64,000 nucleotides of DNA from an uncultured Gemmatimonadales bacterium (GTDB lineage: Bacteria > Gemmatimonadota > Gemmatimonadetes > Gemmatimonadales > JACORV01): assembly GCA_964550365.1 (NCBI GenBank), contig CAZJZC010000001.1, positions 12,863 through 76,862 of the forward strand, in the 5' to 3' direction. This document shows positions 18,819 through 26,412 of the stretch, piece by piece; the stretch's first letter is position 1, and each line of letters opens with the position of its first letter. Position numbers and translations under genes: made by a program. The notes beneath the pieces were generated by a model that saw only the letters and a program-made list of their open reading frames with translations, was not told the DNA's origin and searched no databases.

Positions 18819-19168
18819 AGACCTGCCCCCTCACCTCGCGCTCACCTTCACAACCACCGGGACGACACGATACAAGTTCGGGGCCACGACTCGGGGCAAC
18901 CGTCCAAGCATTCGATTGCACAACGACTTGGCCGCCCGTCCAGGATCGGTCCCGGCCGCCGTTTCCGTTGCGCCGCCGCGTCAGACTCGACCGTCGCGGC
19001 TGGGGTTTTGTCGCATTGCTGTTACAGTGAAGACCGGCGGTGAATCGTTAACATGTTGCTGTTGAAAGGTTTACACATGTTGAGAGCGTTCGCATGGGTT
19101 CTGCGGTGGTTTGAGCGCACCGCAGACCCGCCGGCAGCGCCTGGGAAGCTCCGCCGGAGGCTACACGC

Positions 19169-20143
19169 ATGGGTATCCGCGGCGACGACAGCCCTTTGAG
19201 GACCTCCATGGCCGAGCCGGGCCGCAGCCATCCGCCTCTCGTCGTGATCGCGAACAGCCAGGAGTGGCATACGCGATCGCTCGAGAGCATCCTCGGCCCG
19301 CACGGGTTCGCCGTGCTGCGCGCCTATACCGGCCGTCAGGCCCTCGAGCGCGTCCTCAGTGCCCAGCCCGACATCGTCATCCTCGACACCGACCTGCCCG
19401 ACATCGACGGCCTCGAAGTCTGCCGTCAGCTGCGCTCCGACGCCCGCGTGAGCGGCAGCACGCCGATCCTGATCACCAGCCCCGGGCACCCGAGCCGGCA
19501 CAAGCGGCTCGAGGCCCTGCGCGCGGGCGCCTGGGATTTCCTCGGCCCGACGCTCGACGGCGAGGAGCTGCCGCTCAGGCTCGACGCCTACGTGCGGGCG
19601 AAGTTCGACGCCGATCGGGCCCGCGAGGAGAGCCTGCTCGATCAGCTGACCGGCCTCTACAACATCCGCGGCCTGGCGCGGCGGGCCCGCGAGCTCGGCT
19701 CGCAGGCGTTCCGTCACCGCGAGCCGTTCGCCTGCGTGGTGTTCGCGCCGATGCTGGACGGGAGCTGGATGGCCGACGACGCCGCCTCGGAGTCGGCGCT
19801 GAACGCGGCCGTGGAGCAGCTGGCGAAGGCCCTGCGGGAGACCGGGCGGGTGTCCGACGCGATCGGGCGGCTCGGGCCGACGGAGTTCGCCATCGTGGCG
19901 CAGGGCACCGACCGCGAAGGCGCGGTGCGGCTGGCCGAGCGCCTGCAGCGCTCGCTCCAGGCCATGCTGGCCGATACCGAGCAGCGGTTCCGGATGTGCG
20001 CCGGGTACGATGCGGTGGACGATTATCACGAAGCGCCGATCGAGCCGTCGGACATGCTGGTGCGCGCCACGATGGCGATGCGCCTGTCGCGGTCCGACAG
20101 CGCCGGGAGCTGGATCCGGCCGTTCGAGGCCCGGGTCAACTGA
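19169..20143 (+). CDS. Atypical response-regulator receiver fused to a degenerate GGDEF domain (GPTEF) with retained RxxD I-site
   Basis: 324 aa with GGAGG 8 nt upstream of ATG 19169 (alternative ATG 19208). The REC domain lacks the acidic DD pair (VVIANSQEW) and the conserved Lys (GAWDFLGPT) but keeps the Asp in IVILDTDLPDIDG. The GGDEF region reads GRVSDAIGRLGPTEFAIV, against the canonical RxxD-xxx-RxGG(D/E)EF. Confidence 0.85.
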   Translation: MGIRGDDSPLRTSMAEPGRSHPPLVVIANSQEWHTRSLESILGPHGFAVLRAYTGRQALERVLSAQPDIVILDTDLPDIDGLEVCRQLRSDARVSGSTPILITSPGHPSRHKRLEALRAGAWDFLGPTLDGEELPLRLDAYVRAKFDADRAREESLLDQLTGLYNIRGLARRARELGSQAFRHREPFACVVFAPMLDGSWMADDAASESALNAAVEQLAKALRETGRVSDAIGRLGPTEFAIVAQGTDREGAVRLAERLQRSLQAMLADTEQRFRMCAGYDAVDDYHEAPIEPSDMLVRATMAMRLSRSDSAGSWIRPFEARVN

Positions 20144-20155
20144 CGGGGCGGGTCC

Positions 20156-22570
20156 CTAGCTGCTCCCCGCGATGAGCCGACCCGCGCCGGTGGCGGTCCC
20201 GGCCGCCTGGACCTCGTCGTCGGCGGCATACCCCGGCAGGTAGCTGTAGTACTTGTAGATCCCCTCCGGCTTCACGTCGTTCAGCACCGCGCCCAGCACC
20301 CGGATCGGCAGACGGTCGAGGTCGCCCAGCTTGGCGCCGGTCAGTTCCTTGTTGGTCACGCCGGTCCGCAGCACCAGCAGCAGGTTCCCCGTCAGTGATC
20401 CCAGCACCAGCGGATCGACGCCCGCGCCCAGCGGCGCCGAGTCGACGATGATGACGCCGTACTGCGACCGCAGGCTGATGAGCAGCTGGCTCATGGCCGG
20501 CGAGGCCAGGAGCTCCGGGCCGCCCGCCCGCCGCGTGCCGCAGCCGATGAAGTCGACCGACGGCAGGCTGGTGTGCTGGATGACCTGCTCGCGCTCGGCG
20601 TGGCCGCCCAGGTAGTCGATGAGCCCCGGCTTGCGGTTCGCCTTGAGGACCCGGTGCAGGGTGCCGCGCCGGATGTCGCCGTCGATGAGCAGGGTGCGGT
20701 GGCCGGCGTCGGCGAACGACAGTGCCAGGTTGCTGGCCAGGAAGGACTTCCCGTCGCCGCTGCCGGGACTGGTGATGGTGACGACCAGCGGCCCGGCCGA
20801 ACCGTGGGCGGTCACGATGCGCAGTCGCACCGACCGCAGTGCCTCGACCACCTGCGCCGAGGCCTCGTCCCGACCCGACCCCGCGTTCAGCCGCGGGATC
20901 GCCCCCAGGATGTCGAGGCCGAGCTCCTCGGTCACCTGGTCGGGGTAGCGCAGGCGGCGGTCGAACCGGTCGAGCAGCAGCGCCAGCGCGATGCCGAGGG
21001 CCAGCGAGCCGGCCATGCTGCCCAGCGCGACCAGCGGCTTGATGTTCTTGGTCGGCCGGTCGGGGACCACCGCCGGGTCGAGGATCCGGACGTCCGGGAT
21101 GCTGCTGGCCTCGGCCAGCCGGGCCTCGCTGTAGCGGGCCTGGAGGTTGGTATACAGCTGGTTGGCGATGGTGACGTCGCGCGAGAGCCGCGCCTCCTCG
21201 ATGGCGCGCGTCGGGATCTCCCGCAGGTCGCGCGAGGCGACGTTGATGCGCTCGTTGAGGAACGACTCGCGGGTGCGCATGTCGTCGAGCAGCGACCGCA
21301 TCATGGCCGGGATGCCCTGGCGCTGCAGCCCCCGGATCTCGGACAGCTGCCGCTCGACCTGCGGGTTGTCGTCGGTATAGCGCAGGCGGAGGATCCGCAG
21401 GGCCGCCTGTTTCGCCGTCAGGTCCGACAGGGCCGCGCGCAGCTCCGAGTTGCTCTGGATCGACGGGATCGCCTCGAGCACCACCGCCGAGATGCCGCTG
21501 TCCGGCGGCTGCTGCAGCACGCGCTGGATCGCCTCGCGGTCACGGCGCAGCTGGTCGCTCTCGCTGCGCATGTTGAAGTAGCTCTGCAGCGCCGGCGTCT
21601 GGGTCATCTGCAGTCCCGACACCACCGGCGGCGCCTGCTCCTCGCGCGGCAGGGTGATGGTGTTGACCTTGAAGGTCTCGAGCGCGTTCTCGGCGCGGCG
21701 CAGTTCGACGTACGACGCCTGCAGCTGGGCATCGAGGATGCGCGTCAGCTCCGTCAGCTTCTCCCGCTTCAGGTTGCGCGCCACCGACACGAACTGTTCG
21801 GCGATCGAGTTGAGGGTCGCCGCCGTCAGCGCCGGCACCCGGCCGTCCAGCGTGAGCTTGAGGAAGTTCCCGTCGCGCGGCGGAAGCACGGCGCCGAGGC
21901 GGGCGTTCAGGCCCACCGCCGCCTGCCGCGGCACGGTCACGCTGAAGCCGACGACGCGCCCGGGACGGAACGCCGTGGCCGGCGGCAGCCAGCGGAAGCC
22001 CGCGGGCACCCCGACCGAGTCACCCGCCGCACCGCGCTGCACCTCGCCCGCCACGTTGTGGAGCAGCACGAACGAGCGGCCGTCGGCACTGGCCCGGAAC
22101 TCGTAGCGGCCCGGGCGGAACCGGTCCATCAGCTCGAAGCTGCTGAACAGCGGGGCATCCAGCCCCGGGTTCTCGATCGACAGGTACAGCCGCTGGGCCT
22201 TCACAACCGAGTCCAGCACCGTGAACGAGCGGAGCAGGTCCAGCCAGTTGGTGTTCTGCAGCAGCTGCCCCTGCTGGATCGGGCCCTGGGTGCCCGCCAT
22301 CGGTTCGACCCAGATGGTGGCCTGCGCCTGGTAGACCGGATCGAGGATGCGGGCCACGGTCACGCCGCCGGCCGCGCCGACGACCGTCAGGAAGGCGACC
22401 AGCCACTTGTAGCGCCCGACCGCCGCCAGGTACCGGCCGAAGTCCGGCCCGCGCTCCTCGGCGGGCAGCGGCGGCGGCGCATTGTAGCCCGATGGCACCG
22501 CGGCGGGGTCGGCCCGCACGATGGCCGTGCCGTCCGAACCCTCGAGACCCGCTGGCAGATTGCTCGACAT
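20156..22570 (-). CDS. Polysaccharide co-polymerase / tyrosine autokinase (Wzc/GumC-type BY-kinase)
   Basis: The 1595-aa track ORF was trimmed to ATG 22570 (804 aa). Two TM segments flank a long coiled periplasmic domain. Walker A SPGSGDGKS, A' LLIDGDIRR, Walker B IIVDSAP, and a Tyr-rich tail YKYYSYLPGY. Confidence 0.92.
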   Translation of the reverse strand: MSSNLPAGLEGSDGTAIVRADPAAVPSGYNAPPPLPAEERGPDFGRYLAAVGRYKWLVAFLTVVGAAGGVTVARILDPVYQAQATIWVEPMAGTQGPIQQGQLLQNTNWLDLLRSFTVLDSVVKAQRLYLSIENPGLDAPLFSSFELMDRFRPGRYEFRASADGRSFVLLHNVAGEVQRGAAGDSVGVPAGFRWLPPATAFRPGRVVGFSVTVPRQAAVGLNARLGAVLPPRDGNFLKLTLDGRVPALTAATLNSIAEQFVSVARNLKREKLTELTRILDAQLQASYVELRRAENALETFKVNTITLPREEQAPPVVSGLQMTQTPALQSYFNMRSESDQLRRDREAIQRVLQQPPDSGISAVVLEAIPSIQSNSELRAALSDLTAKQAALRILRLRYTDDNPQVERQLSEIRGLQRQGIPAMMRSLLDDMRTRESFLNERINVASRDLREIPTRAIEEARLSRDVTIANQLYTNLQARYSEARLAEASSIPDVRILDPAVVPDRPTKNIKPLVALGSMAGSLALGIALALLLDRFDRRLRYPDQVTEELGLDILGAIPRLNAGSGRDEASAQVVEALRSVRLRIVTAHGSAGPLVVTITSPGSGDGKSFLASNLALSFADAGHRTLLIDGDIRRGTLHRVLKANRKPGLIDYLGGHAEREQVIQHTSLPSVDFIGCGTRRAGGPELLASPAMSQLLISLRSQYGVIIVDSAPLGAGVDPLVLGSLTGNLLLVLRTGVTNKELTGAKLGDLDRLPIRVLGAVLNDVKPEGIYKYYSYLPGYAADDEVQAAGTATGAGRLIAGSS

Positions 22571-22683
22571 TCGCTTCTCTACCCCTGGATTCTGGCCGCT
22601 CGCCGCGGAGGGTCCCCCCTCCCGGTCGCGGCACGCCGCTGAATATACGCCTTTTTCTCCCGGCGGAGCTTGCCGCCGCCAAG

Positions 22684-22741
22684 CTGTTGCAGTAACGCAA
22701 CCTTTGGGCCATGCCGCAGGACTGTTGCGCCGGAACAACGT
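22684..22741. promoter_or_regulatory. Two tandem copies of a CTGTTG-N8-CAAC.. inverted repeat (candidate transcription-factor sites)
   Basis: 22684-22703 reads CTGTTGcagtaacgCAACCT and 22722-22741 reads CTGTTGcgccggaaCAACGT, with identical 8-nt spacing. Both lie in the divergent region between the BY-kinase and the sigma-54 activator. The same motif occurs at 25525 and 60874. Confidence 0.4.
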
Positions 22742-22748
22742 TGCACCC

Positions 22749-22777
22749 TTGACATACCCCCGTCCGACTCCCCTAAT
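22749..22777 (+). promoter_or_regulatory. Sigma-70-like promoter candidate (TTGACA-N17-CCTAAT)
   Basis: Perfect -35 hexamer TTGACA at 22749-22754. A 17-nt spacer precedes CCTAAT at 22772-22777, about 80 nt upstream of the activator ATG. Confidence 0.35.
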
Positions 22778-22801
22778 TGCACGTTTCGGCAGAACTCCGT
22801 G

Positions 22802-22830
22802 CCCCCCGGGTCGTGCCGGGGGGTTTTGTT
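22802..22830 (+). terminator. Intrinsic-terminator-like hairpin with T-tract inside the 5' leader of the sigma-54 activator gene
   Basis: CCCCCCGG gtcgtg CCGGGGGG followed by TTTTGTT, ending 28 nt before ATG 22859. There is no upstream plus-strand gene for it to terminate. Confidence 0.45.
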
Positions 22831-22858
22831 CCACCGCCGCGCACCTGGACGACACTGG

Positions 22859-24340
22859 ATGACCGCGATCCCGGCTTCGAACACCCTGGTGATCAGCGCC
22901 GAGGCCAAGGCCAGCCTCGCCGTGCTGATCATCGACGATGAGCGCACCTTGCGCGAGAGCTGCAAGAGCGTCCTGGAGGCCGACGGCTTCCGGGTCGAGG
23001 TGTGCGCCCGCGGCGCCGACGCCCAGCAGCTCATCCAGCGGCGGCGCTACGACATCATCCTGACCGACCTGTACATGTCGGACGTCACCGGGATGGACCT
23101 GCTCAAGGCCGCCCTCGAGGCGGCGCCCGAGACCCTGGTGATCGTGATGACCGGCAACCCGAGCGTGGCGTCGAACGTCGAAGCGTTGCGCGCGGGCGCC
23201 TGGGACTACATCCCGAAACCGTTCTCGGCGACCCATCTCCAGATCCTGCTGGGCCGCGCCGCCCATGCGGTGATGGTGGCGCGGGAATCCTCGGCCAGTC
23301 ACGTCGGCGACGACGACTCGCCGGTGCAGCTGCTGGGCACCTCGCCGGAGTTCCGGCGGGCCCTCGAGCTCGCCCGCAAGGTGGCCGTGACCGACGCCTC
23401 GGTGTTCATCACCGGCGAGAGCGGGACCGGCAAGGAGATGATCGCGCAGTTCATCCACGCCCACAGCCGCCGCAGTTCGCGGCCCATCGTGGCGGTCAAC
23501 TGCGCCGCCCTGCCCGAGGCCCTGCTCGAGTCCGAGATGTTCGGGCACATGAAGGGCGCCTTCACCGGCGCCGTGAAGGACAAGGCCGGCCTGCTGGAGG
23601 CCGCCAACGGCGGCACCCTGTTCCTCGACGAGCTGATCGAGATGCCCAAGCCGGTCCAGGCCAAGCTGCTGCGCGTGATCCAGGACGGCGTGGTCCGGCG
23701 GCTCGGCAGTGCGCAGACCAGCGCGGTGGTCAACGTGCGGTTCATCGCGGCATCGAATCGCGACCCCGACGAGTCCGTGCGTGACGGCGCCCTCCGTGAG
23801 GACCTGTACTACCGCCTGCGCGTGGTGCCGATCCACCTGCCGCCCCTGCGCGAGCGGCCCGAGGACATCACCCTGCTGGCGAACCACTTCCTGACGCTGT
23901 ACTGGCGCCGGCACCGGGGCGCCAATGCTCCTCTGCCCACGCTGTCCGACGGCGCCCTGAGCGCGCTGGCGGCGCACGGCTGGCCGGGCAACGTGCGCGA
24001 ACTGCAGAACGCCATCGAGCACACGGTGGTCCTGCTCGAACCCGGGCAGGAGATCCAGCAGAAGGACATCCCGTTCCCCGGGACCGACCGGCCGGCGACC
24101 GGCGGCGCGGACGTCACGACCCCGATGTGGAACGACGAGGAGCTGGAGCAGAGCTACCACGCGGCGCGCGAGCGGGTGATCGCGACCTTCGAGCGCCGCT
24201 ACCTCACCTGGCTGGTCAACCGCGCCGGCGGGAACATGTCCAAGGCCGCGCGGCTGGCCGGCGTCGACCGGACCACGCTCTATCGGCTGATGGAGCGGCA
24301 CGGACTGCAGCGTGAAACCATCACCGTCGCGTCGGAGTAG
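22859..24340 (+). CDS. Sigma-54-dependent response regulator (NtrC/PrsR-like bacterial enhancer-binding protein)
   Basis: Trimmed to ATG 22859 (493 aa). Canonical REC (IIDDE, IILTDLYM, VMTG, IPKPF). AAA+ with GESGTGKE, the GAFTGA sigma-54 contact loop, GGTLFLDEL and WPGNVRELQN. C-terminal Fis-type HTH NMSKAARLAGVDRTTLYRLMERHGL. Confidence 0.93.
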   Translation: MTAIPASNTLVISAEAKASLAVLIIDDERTLRESCKSVLEADGFRVEVCARGADAQQLIQRRRYDIILTDLYMSDVTGMDLLKAALEAAPETLVIVMTGNPSVASNVEALRAGAWDYIPKPFSATHLQILLGRAAHAVMVARESSASHVGDDDSPVQLLGTSPEFRRALELARKVAVTDASVFITGESGTGKEMIAQFIHAHSRRSSRPIVAVNCAALPEALLESEMFGHMKGAFTGAVKDKAGLLEAANGGTLFLDELIEMPKPVQAKLLRVIQDGVVRRLGSAQTSAVVNVRFIAASNRDPDESVRDGALREDLYYRLRVVPIHLPPLRERPEDITLLANHFLTLYWRRHRGANAPLPTLSDGALSALAAHGWPGNVRELQNAIEHTVVLLEPGQEIQQKDIPFPGTDRPATGGADVTTPMWNDEELEQSYHAARERVIATFERRYLTWLVNRAGGNMSKAARLAGVDRTTLYRLMERHGLQRETITVASE

Positions 24341-24341
24341 C

Positions 24342-25508
24342 ATGACCGGCCACGGGACCGAACTCGGTCGCGCCGGCGCCCGTCGCGAACGGGTGGCCGA
24401 GCGGCCCGCCCCGGCGGCGGCCGAGAGCACCGCCGGGCAACTCGGCGGCGCCCTCGAGAGCGTCGGCTTCCCGGAGATCCGCGCGGCCGCGCAGGCCGTG
24501 CTCGCCGCCTGGACCAACACGCGGGGCGACGCCGCCGACCCCGCCGAGGCCCGGCAGGCGGTCATCTGGCTGGCCGACGCGGTGGACCGCGTGGCGCGCG
24601 GCGGGACGGTCGGCGCCGAAACGCCGGCCTCGACGCCGCTGGGCCGCCACCTGCTGGCCGAACTGCGGGGCGAACTGGTGCGGGCCTGGCACGCGGCCGG
24701 CGACGCGGGCCCGGACATGCTGGAGGTGCTCGGGGCGATCGAAACGGTCCGCCGGGCCATCGAGCCCGACTGGGCCGAGTACTTCACGTCGCGCCTCTCG
24801 GGGCCCGACGGCCTGGACCTCGTGGTGGAGGTCGCCCACGACCTGCGCTCGCCGGTGACCTCGATCATCTTCCTCGCCGAAACGCTCACCCGCGGCCAGA
24901 GCGGCGAGGTGAACGAGCTCCAGAAGCGGCAGCTGCGCCTCATCTACAGCGCCGCCCTGGGCCTCTCGTCCATGGCCAGCGACGTCATCGAACTGGCCCG
25001 CGGCGGCGACCAGCTGGTCGAGCGGGAGGTGTCGCCGTTCTCGGTCGCCGAGATCCTGGAGTCGGTCTCGGACATGGTGCGGCCGATCGCCGAGGAGAAG
25101 GGCCTCGCGATCCGGTTCACGCCGCCGCCCACCGACCACCGGCTCGGCCGGCCCCTGGCGCTCAGCCGGGTCCTGCTCAACCTCACGACCAACGCCCTCA
25201 AGTTCACCGACGACGGCTTCGTGGAGATCAGTACCCGCGCCCGCGGCCTGCAGGCCGTCGAGTTCAGCGTGCGCGACACCGGCCAGGGCATCTCCGAGGA
25301 GGCGCTCGCCAACCTGTACCAGCCGTTCCGGCGGACCCGGGCGCGGGCCGGCCGCAGCGGCTACTACTTCTCGGGCACCGGTCTGGGTCTGGCCATGTGC
25401 CGCAAGCTGGTCGAAGCGATGGGTGGAGAGTTGCAACTTGAAACGAAACCGGGCTGGGGGACCAGGTTCTTCTTCGAGTTGGCGTTGCCGCCGTCGAGTC
25501 ATTTGTAG
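24342..25508 (+). CDS. Soluble sensor histidine kinase (HisKA + HATPase_c) with uncharacterised ~170-aa N-terminal domain
   Basis: ATG 24342 lies 1 nt after the regulator stop. H-box EVAHDLRSPVTSI, N-box LLNLTTNALKFT, G1 VRDTGQGIS, G2 GTGLGLAMC. No hydrophobic TM segment is visible. Confidence 0.9.
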   Translation: MTGHGTELGRAGARRERVAERPAPAAAESTAGQLGGALESVGFPEIRAAAQAVLAAWTNTRGDAADPAEARQAVIWLADAVDRVARGGTVGAETPASTPLGRHLLAELRGELVRAWHAAGDAGPDMLEVLGAIETVRRAIEPDWAEYFTSRLSGPDGLDLVVEVAHDLRSPVTSIIFLAETLTRGQSGEVNELQKRQLRLIYSAALGLSSMASDVIELARGGDQLVEREVSPFSVAEILESVSDMVRPIAEEKGLAIRFTPPPTDHRLGRPLALSRVLLNLTTNALKFTDDGFVEISTRARGLQAVEFSVRDTGQGISEEALANLYQPFRRTRARAGRSGYYFSGTGLGLAMCRKLVEAMGGELQLETKPGWGTRFFFELALPPSSHL

Positions 25509-25524
25509 ACGGCCGTTCTACCTG

Positions 25525-25544
25525 CTGTTGCGCTGCCACAACAG
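25525..25544. promoter_or_regulatory. Perfect inverted repeat CTGTTG-N8-CAACAG (candidate enhancer/UAS)
   Basis: CTGTTGcgctgccaCAACAG sits in the lower-GC intergenic region upstream of the priming-transferase/exosortase operon. It shares CTGTTGCGC with the site at 22722. Confidence 0.42.
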
Positions 25545-25648
25545 ACCGCCACATGTCGCAACATCCCGGTACTGTAGCAGTCACGACACAGTAACATAAC
25601 GTGATGTAATGCAACGGTTTACGCTGTTAAGCGTGACCGGGCACACAC

Positions 25649-25664
25649 AAGCACGTTCCTTGCT
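25649..25664 (+). promoter_or_regulatory. Weak sigma-54-like -24/-12 element (AAGCACG-N4-TTGCT)
   Basis: It matches the consensus TGGCACG-N4-TTGCW with correct spacing in all but the first two positions, so it has AG instead of the GG dinucleotide. An overlapping GGGCAC at 25639-25644 has the GG but is 1 nt off in spacing. The element lies 105 bp downstream of the palindrome, and its end is 18 nt before ATG 25683. Confidence 0.28.
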
Positions 25665-25682
25665 ACTGTTACACCCCTGCCA

Positions 25683-26408
25683 ATGACAGCCATCGAACTC
25701 GTTCGTTCCGACCTTACTGCCGACCGAGCCCGCGCGGAGGCCTTCGAGCCGCCGGCCGACGACGTTGCCGAATCGCGCGCCCGCCGGATCCTCAACATCC
25801 TGGTGGCCGCGATCGGCCTGGTGCTCACCGCTCCGCTGCTGCTGGTCATCGCCGTGGCCGTGCGGCTGACGTCGCCGGGACCGATCCTCTACCGGCAGGT
25901 TCGGGTCGGCCTCGACCGCCGCAGTCCCCGCCTGCCCGTGGGCAACCACCGGCGCGCCATCGACTACGGCGGGAAGCCGTTCACCATCTACAAGTTCCGG
26001 ACGATGGCCGCGACCGCCTCGCGCAGCAGCCGCCAGGTGTGGGCCTCGCCGAACGACGCCCGGGTCACGCCGCTCGGCCGGCTGCTGCGCAAGTACCGGC
26101 TCGACGAGCTGCCGCAGCTGGTCAACGTGCTGCGCGGCGACATGAACGTCGTCGGCCCGCGTCCCGAGCAGCCGACCATCTTCGCCGACCTGCGCCAGCA
26201 GGTGCCGCAGTACGGCGAGCGGCAGCGGGCGCGTCCCGGCATCACGGGCTGGGCCCAGATCAATCACCATTACGACCGCTCGATCGACGACGTGCGCCGC
26301 AAGGTGGCGCTCGACCTGGAGTACATCGCCCGGCAGTCGCTGAGAGAGGATCTCCGCATCATGCTGCGGACCGCCCCCGTGCTGGTGTTCAAGAAGGGGG
26401 CTTGGTAG
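25683..26408 (+). CDS. Polyprenyl-phosphate sugar-1-phosphate transferase (Bac_transf family priming enzyme, WbaP/EpsB-like short form)
   Basis: 241 aa with one TM (ILNILVAAIGLVLTAPLLLVIAV). Family motifs include PILYRQVRVG, YKFRTM, DELPQLVNVLRGDMNVVGPRPE and PGITGWAQI. Confidence 0.92.
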   Translation: MTAIELVRSDLTADRARAEAFEPPADDVAESRARRILNILVAAIGLVLTAPLLLVIAVAVRLTSPGPILYRQVRVGLDRRSPRLPVGNHRRAIDYGGKPFTIYKFRTMAATASRSSRQVWASPNDARVTPLGRLLRKYRLDELPQLVNVLRGDMNVVGPRPEQPTIFADLRQQVPQYGERQRARPGITGWAQINHHYDRSIDDVRRKVALDLEYIARQSLREDLRIMLRTAPVLVFKKGAW

Positions 26409-26412
26409 TAGC

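Noticed and set aside
18591-19043. 150-aa plus-strand ORF across the long intergenic region
   Set aside because: Its composition is not protein-like (His/Arg/Pro/Ser-rich) and it has no RBS. It spans the repeat and hairpin region and overlaps the better-supported minus-strand zinc-ribbon ORF.
22626-22641. Minus-strand AGGCGT-atatt-CAGC as a sigma-54 promoter for the BY-kinase gene (alternatively TATATT as a -10 box)
   Set aside because: Only the GG/GC dinucleotides and one extra base match. No acceptable -35 exists for the sigma-70 reading. The evidence is too weak to list as a feature.
20156-24943. 1595-aa minus-strand ORF
   Set aside because: The upstream ~790 aa run antisense through the sigma-54 activator and kinase genes. 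The real BY-kinase starts at ATG 22570, after a lower-GC intergenic region.
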